Shown: piece by piece, positions 25,752-37,254 of the stretch
How the letters are laid out: the number at the start of each line of letters is the position of its first letter
Position numbering within the stretch: position 1 is the first letter of the stretch
NCBI GenBank assembly: GCA_030390025.1
Contig: CM059432.1
Location: 14,200,001 to 14,264,000, forward strand
Length of the DNA: 64,000 nucleotides
Direction: 5' to 3'
Source of the DNA: Squalus acanthias
Lineage: Eukaryota
The notes under the pieces: generated by a model
Database searches by the model: none
Told to the model about the DNA's origin: nothing
What the model saw: only the letters and a program-made list of their open reading frames with translations
Program-made: the position numbers and the translations under genes

Positions 25752-26385
25752 AGGAGGTTAAGAAGGCATACGGGATACTTTCCTTTATTAGCTGAGGCAT
25801 AAGAGCAGGGAGGTTATGCTTGAACTGTATAAAACACTAGTTAGTCCTCAGCTAGAGTACTGCGTACAGTTCTGGTCACCACATTACAGGAAAGATGTGA
25901 TTGCACTAGAGAGGGTACAGAGGAGATTTATGAGGATGTTGCCAGGACTGGAGAATTTTAGCTATGAGGAAAGATTGGATAGGCTGGGGTTGTTTTCTTT
26001 GGAACAGAGGAGGCTGAGGGGAGATTTAATTGAACTGGCCTAGATAGAGTGGATAGGAAGGACCTATTTCCCTTAGTAGAGAGGTCAATAACCAGGGGGC
26101 ATAGATTTAAAGTCATTGGTAGAAGGATTAGAGGGGAGTTGAGGAGAAATTTTTTCACCCAGAGGGTGGTGGGGGTCTGGAACTCACTGCCTGAAAGGGT
26201 GGTAGAGGCAGGAACCCTCATCGCATTTAAAACGTACTTGGATATACACTTGAAGTGCTGCAACCTACAAGGCTACGGACCAAGTGCTGGGAAGTGGGAT
26301 TAGGCTGGATGGCTCTTTGTCGGCCGGCATGGACAAGATGGGCCGAATGGCCTCATTCTGTGCCATAAACCTCTATGATTCTATA
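25752..26385 (+). mobile_element. CR1 LINE 3' fragment
   Basis: [20 protein letters not shown]; same subfamily as 6550-7170. Confidence 0.92.
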
Positions 26386-26916
26386 AATCCATTATGACTG
26401 GAACTGAATAAATCATGTTTCTCCAAGTGCTTAGTAATTCCGTTCCATATTATACTCTCCAGAGGAGTAATATTCCAGCATTGCACTGCTGGTGGGGAGC
26501 TTCCCCTCACAGCACTGCCCATCAAAAATTAAACCCACACTGTGTCTGACAGGCACAGTTCGCCAAGAGCAGCAGAAGGTCGGAAAATGATCAGTAGGAA
26601 GTAAGACTAACAGGCCTATAATTTCCTGGATTATCCCTTGGATAATTTCTTGACATTTAATTGCAGCCTCATTACCAACTGCAGAAGCGCCTTGGCTTGT
26701 CTTAGCTGAGGAAGCATGCATTTTAATTTTAATAACTTAAAGGGATCTGAAATTCCCAATTTGGCATTTAAAATGAAGAGCACTCCCTCAAATAAATAAT
26801 TGCTATCTTGCTCATTTCCTACCTCAAGGCCAAACTCGTCCTTTTAGTTAAGTGTGAAACTTTACCTCCCAGTTTTACTCTTGCTGGATTTCCCTATTCT
26901 GCAGGCGGCATCATCT

Positions 26917-26929
26917 GTTGCTAGGTAAC
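26917..26929. promoter_or_regulatory. RFX X-box-like motif in unique sequence
   Basis: GTTGCT-A-GGTAAC fits GTNRCY-N(0-3)-RGYAAC; minus-strand donor GAG|GTAAAG about 50 bp away. Confidence 0.35.
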
Positions 26930-27219
26930 ACCGGGCGCTGCTGCTGTCTGCTCTGATTTCAGAGTGCAGGCTCGTCGCAAGTCCCAGTGATTCGAGACCT
27001 CCATCTCACACCAGGAGGCCTGCAATTCGGATTGACCAGCAGAGGTATTTGTTTTGTTTTTTTTCCAAATCATGTGCTCCGCACGGCATAAACAAAATTC
27101 ACCAGAGCAATGGCAGGTGGCAGCAACTTTTGTAAACCTGAACCAGCTAGCAACAAACCATATTTGTCAGTTTAAAAAAATATATATAGTCTTCCTCCTT
27201 TTAGCCATTCTTCACCACT

Positions 27220-28162
27220 TCACAGGTGACCTGCTCCCAGGCCATTGCCAGTGCTGAGCTTTCACCCACTGCTCGGAGATGCATAAGGGCCTCTTAGAGG
27301 TGCACTCTGCCTTATTTTGCTTTCCTCTCTCCCTGTGTGGAATGAACGAGGCCAAAAGAGTCGGAGGGCAGCTTCAAATGTTCATTGCTCTTGAAGGGGC
27401 CGCTGATTTCCAGTGCTTCCTCCTCCATCTGGGTGAGGGCCAGAATGTTGGGTGCTCCTCCCTGGGTCTCACTCTTCTCCCTTGTGTTGGGCGCCGTTTC
27501 CTCCTGCAGAAAGAGAGGACAAGAGTTAGTGAGCGGCTAGTGCAAAGGAAAGTGCGCGCGTGCAGGCCTTCTTAAAGCAGTGCATACGCTAAGAGATGGA
27601 GAAGGAGCGAGGTGCAAACGGGATGGGGAAACGTTGAATGGAAAGCAAATGTTGGAGGAAGAAGTCCTGAGAGAAGTTCCTGGTTCTGTGATTGCCACCG
27701 TGTGAGAATGGAATGCTGCCAGTGCCTGCTTTGAAGGCGGCAAACAAGAGGTTTGGAATGAGAATGGGAGGTGGTATTCTGTCCCCTTGTGAAGTAGGGG
27801 CGGGAAGTGTTCAGAGTGCAAGGGGAGAGGGGAAAGGACTGTTACCAGGTATTATGCAGAGTGGTGGAGAAATGAAAAAGAGCATGGACCTGTTGGGCCG
27901 AATGGCCTGTCTCTGTGCTGTAAATACTTTGAAAGTTCTCACCCTTGCTGCTCTTGTGAAGTCCTTGGAGCGTTTCCTGCATCGAATCCAGGTCCTGGGG
28001 CTGATGCTCCTGGAACTGGTAAGCTCAGCCACCTCTCTCCAGGCCTGCTGAATGGATCTTCTTCCCATTCCTGGAAAAGCGAAGGTCCCTCATTGCCCTG
28101 ACCTGTTCCACTAGGACCTCGAGGGAGGCATCTGAGAACTTGGGAGCAGCCTTGTGACTCAT
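27220..28162 (-). pseudogene. Harbinger-type Myb/SANT gene remnant with intron
   Basis: Exon 1 28162-27943 MSHKAAPKFSDASLEVLVEQV/fs/QAWREVAE..PRTWIRCRKRSKDF, donor GTGAGA; exon 2 from 27503 EETAPNTREKSETQGG..LTQMEEEALEI. Confidence 0.75.
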
Positions 28163-28214
28163 TCGGAAGAATCAGCTCTGCAGCAGTATTAGTCAACAAT
28201 TTTTATTTTTATTC

Positions 28215-28630
28215 GGTTTTTTTTATGGGATGTGGGCGTCACTGGCAAAGCCAGCATTTATTGCCCATCCCTAATTGCCCTTGAGAAGGTGGTGGTGAGC
28301 TGCCTTCTTGAACCGCTGCAGTCCGTGTGGTGAAGGTCCTCCCACAGTGCTGTTAGGGAGGGAGTTCCAGGATTTTGACCCAGCGACGATGACGGATCGG
28401 CCGATATACTTCCAAGTCAGGTTGGTGTGTGACTTGGAGGGGACCTTGGAGGTGGTGCTGTTCCCATGCGCCTGCTGCCCTTGTCCTTCTAGGTGGAAGA
28501 GGTTGCGGGTTTCAGAGGTGCTGCCGAAGAAGCCTTGGCGAGTTGCTGCAGTGCACCTAGTAGATGGTACACACTGCAGCCATGGTACGCCGGTGGTGGA
28601 GGGAGTGAATATTTAAGGTGGTGGATGGGG
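28215..28630 (-). mobile_element. LINE family B 3' fragment
   Basis: Reverse complement of about 13625-14035. Confidence 0.87.
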
Positions 28631-29025
28631 TTCAAATCCCACTCGAGCACAAAATCTAGGCTGACACTCCAGTACAGCGCTGAGGGAGTGCCGCACTGTC
28701 GGAGGTGCCGTCTTTTGGATGAGACGTTAAACCAAGGCCCCGTCTGCGCTCCCAGGTGGACATAAAAGATCCCATGGCACTATTTTGAAGAAGAGTAGGG
28801 GAGTTATCCCTGTTGTCCTGGCCAATATTTATCCCTCAACCAACATCACTACAACAGATTATCTGGTCATTATCACATTGCTGTTTGTGAGAGCTTGCTG
28901 TGTGTAAACTGGCTGCTGCATTTTCTACATTACAACATTTCAAAAAGTACTTCATTGGCTGTAAAGCGCTTTGGGACGTCCTGAGGTTGTGAAAGGCGCT
29001 GTATAAATGCAAGTCTTTCTTCTTT
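28630..29025 (+). mobile_element. Deu-domain tRNA SINE
   Basis: B-box GTTCAAATCC, Deu core, L2-like tail. Confidence 0.82.
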
Positions 29026-29037
29026 GTTCAGAAAGTG

Positions 29038-29075
<38 letters not shown>

Positions 29076-29820
29076 AGCATTTCCTACTTCTTCTGTGCTA
29101 GCAGCATGAAAGGGACATCATGCAGTCTGTCACTTCAACCACTCACCCACTCCAACGTAACCTGGATCATCTTCTTTGCTGAGCCTCAGTCGCAGTTTCC
29201 AGCTGTCAATCAGCAGGCAGGTCTGGCACTGTTATTCCCCTTCCCCATCCCCCTCCCCTTCCATGAGAACATAGGAAATAGGAGCAGGAGTCGGCCATGC
29301 GGCCCCTCGAACCTGCTCCGCCATTCAATAAGATCATGGCTGATCTTCGACCTCAACTCCACTTTCCTGCACTATCCCCATATCCCTTGGTTCCCTTAGT
29401 ATCTAAAAATCTATCGATCTCTTCCTCTTCTTCTCCCCATCATTCATATAAACACACCATTAATTAGGCAGCTGTGCCAAATGGAATATTTAATATAGAG
29501 AAATTTAAAGGGGCTTAGGGAAAAGGCAAGAGAATGGGACTGAGTGCTCTTTCAGAGAGCTAAGCACAGGCATGATGGGCTGAATGGACTTCTGTGCTGT
29601 AGGATTCTATTTGTCTCTACAATATTTAGGTAACATATTTGAAGCCAATTAACAATTGAAGGATTAAAGGGGCAGTGGCAGCATGGAAGTGAAATTGGCT
29701 ACGAGACACAAAGCAGAGAGCAGCAGTGCACTGTTGTTTTTCAGACTGGAGGAAAGGATACAGTGGTGTCTCCCGGGGCTCGGTATTAGGACTGCTGTTC
29801 TCTTTCATATGTATTAATGA

Positions 29821-30026
29821 TGTGGAGATGCCGGCGTTGGACTGGGGTGGACAAAAATCAGAAGTCGCACAACACCAGGTTATAGTCCAACAGATTTATT
29901 TAATTTTACAAGCTTTCGGAGCTGTTCTCTCACAGCTACCTTACCTGAAGAAGGAGCGAACAGCTCCGAAAGCTTGTAAAATTAAATAAATCTGTTGGAC
30001 TATAACCTGGTGTTGTGCGACTTCTG
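29821..30026. mobile_element. Short inverted-repeat Penelope-like insert (family 2)
   Basis: About 70-bp inverted repeat (29858-29927 vs 29958-30027); flanked by ATAT(G/A)TATTAATGA duplication; homologous to 20222-20310. Confidence 0.7.
29941..29979 (+). ncRNA. Minimal type I hammerhead ribozyme (family 2)
   Basis: TTAC-CTGAAGA-A-GGAGC-gaaca-GCTCC-GAAA-GC-TT-GTAA; stem I covaries with the 20268 copy. Confidence 0.8.
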
Positions 30027-31034
30027 ATATATATTAATGACCTGGACCTGGGTATAGGGGGCAGAATTTCAAAGCTTGCAGATGACGCAAAGCTTGGAAA
30101 TGTAGCAAACAGTGAGGAGGATAGGAGCAGACCTCGGGTGGACATAGACAGACTGGTGAAATGGGCCAGACACATGGCAGATGAAATTTGATGCAGAGAA
30201 GTGTGAAGTGATGCATTTTGGAATGGCACCAGGGATGAGGGGTTTCAGTTATCTGGAGAGACTAGAAAAGCTGGGATTGTTCTCCTTAGAGCAGAGAAGG
30301 GTAAGGAGATTTAATAGAGGTGTTCAAAATGATGAGGGGTTTTGAAAGAGTAGATAGTGAGAAACTGTTTCCACTGGCAGGATGATCAGTAACCAGAGGT
30401 CACAGATTTAAAATAATTGGCAAAAATGGCAGGTGGGAGATGAGGAGAATTTTTTTACACAGTGAGTTGTTATGATCTGGAATGCACTGCCTGAAAGGGT
30501 GGTGGAAGCAGATTCAATAGTAACTTTCAGAAGGCAATTGGATCTCTACTTAAGAAAAGAAAAAAATTGCAGGGCTATGGGGAAAGAGCAGGGGAATGGG
30601 ACTAATTGGACAGCTCTTTCAGAAAGCCGGCACAGGCATGATGGCCGAATGGCCTCCTTCTGTGCTGTACGATTCTATGGGCGAGAAATTCATTATCGCC
30701 TAGGAGTGGGCGCTAACTTTGGAAAAGTGTGAGATTTAGCGCCAGGCGCTAAGAAATCTCGGCTGCACGCAAAATTCAGTGTCATCGCTCAAAGATTGGG
30801 AGCGCTAAATCAAGCGCTAACGGCCTAGCTCAGTGGCGTTAGACTCAAAGCGCTAACCAATATCAGGTGCAGCCTAATCGCAAGTCATCATTGCCACAGG
30901 CTCTTTCCAGTTCTTAAAGGGGAGGTTCATTCATGCTGCAGAACCTCATTCTCAGCGTTGCTGCCTGTGAACCTGTGTCAGCAAGCAGGAGCAGGCCAAG
31001 CCCAAGGAGCCAGACGACTCAAGCAGGTTTCATG

Positions 31035-32924
31035 ATGGCAGATCCACGCCCCAGGGAGAAAGCCCACAGATTTTCTGACCAAGCATTGGAGGAGTTGGTG
31101 TCCGCTGTGGAGAGACGGAGGGCGGTGCTCGACCCGGCAAGTGGCTGGAGGCCCTCGCCATGTGGAGGGAGGTTACCCAGCAAGTCTTGGGCAGCACTGT
31201 GTCCCCAGGACCCACACTCAGTGCAGGAAGAAAGTTAACGACCTTACTCGGGTGGTCAGGGTGAGTCAGTGCCTCAACAAATGCTACATACCACCATCTG
31301 AACCACAGTCTGCACACACTGCCCAAAGCATCACACCCCCAGCACTAACCCACCAACAATCTCCACCTATCAACACTCACACCCACATCTCACACCTTGC
31401 ACACAATGACAGCTATTCAAATATGGCAGGCACATCACCCAAACACATCGCTCCACACTCACTCACACACTTTCCTTTCTCTTGCAGGCCATGGTGGCTC
31501 ACAACAGGAGGGAGCAGGAGCGCACAGGCAGGGAACAAGGCAACACCCAACCACTGTCTGCGCTGGAAAATAGAGTGCAGCAGATTATTGGGCGCCAGGT
31601 GGTGGGTGTCGTGGCCACCGGCGACGTTGACCCCCTTGGGGACAACAAAGGTATGCTCATCCCTTCTCCTTCTTCTCACATCCCATTTCCCCCTCACCCC
31701 ACAAGCATTTCGCACTTTCCAGCTAATCATGCTGTATGCATGCATTTCTCCCTTCCTGCCCCCCTCCCCTCAGCTTAACCCGACTCTTGTGCCTTTATGC
31801 TTTCAGATAATGAGCAAGCGCCTGAGCAGCCTGTCCCTGAGGACATCATAGAGAGCGAGGCGGGAAAAGAGGAGGAGGAAGAACACACCGCGTCACTGCA
31901 TGTCTCACCCGCAGGCACCAGCTCAGATACTGGCACTAGGTGTTCTTTAGAGGCTAGTATAATAGCGGGATCTGCACAGGGTGATGCATCGGGGATGAGC
32001 AGGCTGCAGCAAGGCCAGGGGGAAAGGGTAGCTCAGGGGCCAGCTCCCCAGAGGGCGAGTTCGCGCGTGAGTTCGGCTGCACAGGACTCAGATGAGGACC
32101 TCAATGGGGAGGCCTTTAGAAGAAGGGTGATGGGCATGCACGCGGAGATGATAGGTGCAATGGCAAGGGTGCCTGAGAGCCTGTTGGCCATGGTAAGGAG
32201 CGTGGAGGAGTCCGCCTCCAAATTTGCACAGAGCTCTGCGCACACCATGGAGCCCATCATTTCCAGTCTGCAAAGGTTGGTCGACTCCCAGAGAGGCTGT
32301 GGCGACCCAAACCTGATGCCGTGTGTGATGGGCGATCTGGCAGCTTCCATTGCAGCACAGGCGGAAGCGACGCAACGTCTTAGTGCTGTAATGCAGTCTA
32401 TGCTTGGTGCAATTCAATCTCAGACTGCTCTCCTGCAGTCTCAGCTTGATGCCACGCAAGCTCTGACTGCTGCCATCGTGGCTGGGTCTACCACCATCGA
32501 CCAGGGCTTTCACGGGGTCACAGCAGGCCAGCAATCTGTGCTGCAACAGATTTCTAGTGATGCTGAGGTGCTGGCCTGGGGGAGTGGCAGTGGGTCAGTG
32601 GAGCAGAAACCTGCTGTCCTCTCTCAGGATGACAGCATTCCTGCTCCCACCACTGCCACTCCGCCATTGCCCTTGTCGCTGCCTGTCATCCAGCCAGCCC
32701 AGACTGCTGCTGCCCAGCCTGAGATGGCGCAGTCTACAGCCGGGCCTTCGAAGTCCAGAGCTGGTCGAGGGTGCCCTGCAAGGCCATCTGAAGTTTCCTG
32801 CACGGACACTCAGCAGCCTTCCACCAGCCCTGCTGCAGCCACTGGGCCAACACTTCATAGGAGCACTAGAGTACGCAAAGGCACAGTAACGACAGGCACT
32901 AAGGGATTGCACAAGGGTGAATAG
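31035..32924 (+). pseudogene. Harbinger Myb/SANT-like DNA-binding protein, 3 exons (31035-31260, 31488-31650, 31807-32924)
   Basis: RFSDQALEELV..WREV..RTHTQCRKKVNDL; GT-AG introns with compatible phases; exon 1 frameshifted, exons 2 and 3 open. Confidence 0.85.
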
Positions 32925-33009
32925 TTAATATTGTTGTAGTAAAGATGTGTTCACTGATTATTGATAAATTTATTCATTCACTTCGGATAATTTTGTACTG
33001 TCTCTCATT

Positions 33010-33478
33010 TCAGCTGTGCGCTGTGATATGGCCTGCGACAGGGATGGATGTGGTGAGCAACAAGGAGCTGGGGTTGAATTTACTGGAAGCCTCTCAGCGA
33101 TGGATGGCCACCTGCGAGATGTTACCTATTTCTCCTGTTGCAGACTGGAAGGATCCGCTGGCGAAGAAATTGAGGGCGACGGTGACCTTGACTGCCACTG
33201 AGAGAGCCGTCCTCGTCCTGATCTGAGGCTGGTTGCAGGAGGTGGCAGAGTTCGGTGACCACCTCCTTGCTGACGCGGTGTCTTCTAAGACACTGCTCCT
33301 GACTTAATTGGAGGTAGGAGAATTGCTGTCGGAAGACGCTCGGAGGATAAGGCCTCCTGTTGAGAACCCTCATGGCCCTCCTCCTCCCTCTGGCCACATG
33401 TTCCAATCTTTCTCGCTACCTCCGCTCCCTCCACAGTAGATCCTGGAGGGCGAGGTCGACTGCCAGTACAGCCCCCAT
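33010..33478 (-). pseudogene. HARBI1-like transposase, N-terminal part only
   Basis: RRPYPPSVFRQQFSYLQLSQEQCLRR and [18 protein letters not shown]; catalytic domain missing. Confidence 0.85.
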
Positions 33479-34334
33479 TAATGTAAGGAAGTGTAATAGT
33501 TGTAAGAATAAATGTAACTAATGTTTAGTAGCCACAACACTCTGGAGACTAAACAACCTTTAAATGACTGATTTAAACTGTTGCACAATGACAAACTGAC
33601 AAGGAAGCAGTGACCTGAGAGCTGTGACTCATTACTCGTGATCCCTTTAAGTAGCGCCCCTGGAGCCGGCTACCGACTGCTTCACGCCTCCTCCCCCTGT
33701 CGCTATCGGGGCAAGGCGCTAAGGCAGGGGGCAATACTCAATTTGGCAGATCAGGCACCCAGTGAGCGTTGCATGCTCACTGATGTCACGATCTGCCTGG
33801 CGCTGAACTCCCTGGCGCTAACTCGTAGCGGCGGCGCTATGGGGGGCCAAATTTGGCATGCGACGCTGGATTCGCCTCGCCGTGGCGCTACTGCCTCAGT
33901 GCCCTGTTAGCGCCCCCGCCAGGCGCTAACTGGAGGTGCTAAGTTACAAATTTCTCCCCCTATGATTCTATGTCAAGGCAATGTGTACCAAGTAGCCCGA
34001 CATAGCAATCATTTGAAATAGGTTGTGCTGTGTAAGGTTTTATTTGCTGTCACATACACACATGTCCAAACCAAATCTTCATCATTAAAGCTGATCCTAA
34101 TTTCAGATAAGACGCAAATGCACAACATCTGTGTGTTGGATTATTTTTAGTCAGTACTGATTGCAGGCAGGTCATTATTACTTGAATGCACTCGGAGGCA
34201 AGCTGACCTACTTTTGACAAATGGCTGTTAGGCATCAACTTATCAGCTGGGGAACTGCCCCACAGCCTGTGGATAGAAACATATTCTTTTTCATATGGGA
34301 CTTTAATAAAAATTAAAGTGATCTGCATTCTTAT

Positions 34335-35655
34335 AAGAACATAGGAACATAAGAAATAGGAGCAGGAGTAGGCCATATGGCTCCTCGATTAAATGAGTTC
34401 ATGGATGATCTTCGACCTCAGCTCACTTTCCCGCCCGATCCCCATATCATCGACCTGAAACGTTAACTCTGTTTCTCTCTTCACAGATGCTGCCTGACCT
34501 GCTGAGTATCTCCAGCATTTTCTGTTTTTACCCCATATCTCTTTATTCCCTTAGGGGGAAAAATTCAGTTGGTTGCGCCTCCCGTTAGCCTTAAGAGGGC
34601 GCTAATGGGGCGCAAAGCAACTAGCGCCCGGGTGCGGCGATGTTTGCGCCGCTCGCGAAATTAACTAGACATTTTGCGGCGGTGCTAAACACTACCGCCA
34701 CAATCTCCTGCGCCGGCAGATCGTGACGTCAGTCGAGTGCGCAACGCCCCGGTAGCGCCCCGGAGCGGATATTGAGTGGCGCCCCCTGCCTTACCGCCTG
34801 CCACTAGCAACGACAGGTTGAGGGGAGCGTTTTGCAGTCAGGAAGGGACTGGTGAGCGCTATTTAAAGGCGACTGCTTCCTGCCTTTTTTTGTTGGCGAC
34901 ATTTTTGCACCACGCATTCTGAGAGAGAGAGAGAGAGACTTCTGGAGCGATTCAATGCTGTTTAAAGGAGTTTTGGGTACTGAGCAGCACTTTGCAGGCT
35001 CATTTTGATTTGCCCTTCCTTGTATCGATTTAGAAGAGACTGTGGGGGTTGCACTCTGAGCTCTTTCCCTGGTTGTCTCCATTGTTCTTTCCAGCAGATT
35101 TGATGTGCAGGTCTCTCCAGTCCGAGATTCAAGGCTGCAATGAGCAGGAAGTGGATGGAAAGCAAGATCAACCCTCCCCTTTAAGAACTGGCCGGCGCCA
35201 GTGTGTCTGTGTTCCATTGCTGACTGACATCACATGAGCTTCGCCAGCGCTCTGAGTTAGCGCCTCGCTCCTCGCCCTTCGCGCCTTAAGACAGATGTGT
35301 AGCGCCTGATTTAGCGCTCCAATCACCTCCAGGGGCAATAAGAGTCAAGTTTGCAGTCGGAGGCGATAATTAGTGCCAGGCGCTAATCTTTGCGCCCGGC
35401 CGATAATTGCGCCCCAAACAGGGCGAGACTGAATTTTCCCCCTGAGAGTCCAAAAAATTATTGATCTCGGTCTTGAATATACTCAACAACTGAGCCTCCA
35501 CAGCCCTCTGGGGTAGAGAATTCCAAAGATTCACCACCCTCTGAGTGAAGAAATTTCTCCTCATCACAGTCCTAAATGGCCGACCCCTTATTCTGAGACT
35601 GTGACCCCTGGTTCTGGACTCTCCAGCCAAGGGAACAGCCTCTCAGCATCTATTG
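34335..35655 (-). mobile_element. CR1 3' end split by a Penelope-like fragment (34449-34530) and a Harbinger MITE
   Basis: CR1 tail at 34335; TSD CCCCATATC around the Penelope piece; ORF 35370..35630. Confidence 0.8.
34554..35442 (-). mobile_element. Non-autonomous Harbinger element, copy 1
   Basis: TIR GGGGGAAAAATTCAGT / ACTGAATTTTCCCCC; flanks TTA and TGA. Confidence 0.9.
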
Positions 35656-36379
35656 TGTTGAAATGAAAACTCATTGTTTTGCAGGACCTCGAAGTTTACT
35701 TGCTCCAATGACTTGTTGGCTTGTAAAACCCAAGCATGTCATTGCCTAGCCACTTCTTGATTTACTCCCTTATCTTACCGACTCTTTTCAACCTTGGCGG
35801 TGCTTGGTATTAAGGGCCTCATTCCACACAAAAAAAAATACATTGCTATATTCATTACCACATTTCAGGTGATGGAGATCTTGGTGTAATATACATTATA
35901 AATGCACCAACTAAGCTAAACTTAGGTCTCAAGGGGCTAACTTCACAGAAGAGCGGGGTGAAACATAGATTAAGATGCAGATGGGATGTCTCAACCAGTG
36001 TGCAGGAGACAATGAAAGGCACTTTAATTATCCATTGATGGTTCACATTCATGGCTGCTGCTTCATTTGAACTCAGCAGAGGTCATTGCCCAGTTAGGCT
36101 GGTAGATTCCGCTTGTGGGTGGGGAGCAGGTAATCAGTTTGACTGAAAGTTGACACTGGAGTCAGGCTGATTAGAAGAAACAACAGACTGCGGGAAGTGG
36201 ATGTTTCTGCCCTGGGCTTAAAGCCAAAATGCACGGCTTCAGCTTCCTATAGCTGGTAGTTGTACGGAAAATAAGATAATTTTGGAAATACAAGAAAGAC
36301 AGCTCACCAAAATGGGTGGCAAGTTCATTATTTTCCTGATGTATGGAAAGCGAATTGATGCTGAGTGGAATGAGTGAGC

Positions 36380-37150
36380 TATGTCAAAGCGCAGCCCTTC
36401 CTGAATGACAAACAGCACAGCAGGCTAGAATTATTCAGGACACTCAATCTGGATACTGCAGATCCCCTCGCGACCTGTCCAGGCAGTGTAGACATGCTTT
36501 CAACATCTCAATGACCGGGCCTAGTAGATGCACGTGCTTTGTTGTACCACTCCTCTTCTGTTCAGACCACTCTGATTGTGGTCATTAGCCATGGGAATAG
36601 GAGGTCACCGAAAAGCCATCTGTGGATTTAATTCTCTTCCCTGATGATGTCAGGGAGGGCCGAATGATGAAAGATAAAGGCGTCATGGCAACTCGCTGCA
36701 TATTGGCCGTCGACATGACTCTGATTGCTGTCAAACACTATCTTGACATTGAGGCACTGGAATTCCTTCTTGTTATTGTAGCTGAGTTGCTGTTCTGTGG
36801 GGGCAATGTGGGTGCCATCAATTGCACCGTGGACCTTGGGAATGCCAGCAACCCCATAAAACTGTATGGCACTAACTCCCTGCTGCCTTGCTATGAAGCC
36901 ACGGACTATGAATTAGACTGTTCTTATGTAAAGGGTGTAAGAGACCTGATGAATGCATGCCCATACTGCTCCCTGTCTGATGTTACAGAAATCCCCTGCT
37001 GCCTGTGCTGTAGAGGTTGAGTGCAGTGTGGACAGGTAAGCCCTACTGCATCTTTGGTGAAGTACATTCTTCTTATGCAGAGCTCCAAGGAGAGGGCCTC
37101 ATATGACCTTTGCTGCCTTAATGGGGTGGGGGGGGGTGGTGTTGGGGAGG
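36380..37150 (-). pseudogene. Old HARBI1-like transposase fossil
   Basis: Minus-strand translation AGIPKVHGAIDGTHI..NKKEFQCLNV..CHDAFIF..WLFGD..WLMT with stops and frameshifts. Confidence 0.8.
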
Positions 37151-37254
37151 AGGGATAAAGTATTACCTGGTGGGCCACATTCTTCTTAAATTCTGTCTGA
37201 GTTTCCTTTGCTCCAGCCTGTGCTCCTCCTTATCCTCCTCCATGATAATAGCAT

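Larger units (their letters stand above)
29640..30678 (+). mobile_element. CR1 LINE fragment interrupted by a ribozyme-bearing insert and, at its tail, by a Harbinger element
   Basis: GSVLGLLFSFICIND / LDLG..KLADD; WNALP; tail resumes at 33961. Confidence 0.85.
30679..33960. mobile_element. PIF/Harbinger transposon (Myb gene plus truncated transposase)
   Basis: TIR GGGCGAGAAATT / AATTTCTCCCCC; 3-bp TSD TAT; two convergent genes. Confidence 0.92.

Noticed and set aside
34804..35217. 100-170 aa ORFs repeated in the three MITE copies
   Set aside because: Frames differ between copies and cross a (CT)n tract; they are by-products of a non-coding repeat
36622..37020. 132-aa + strand ORF
   Set aside because: Antisense shadow of the transposase fossil
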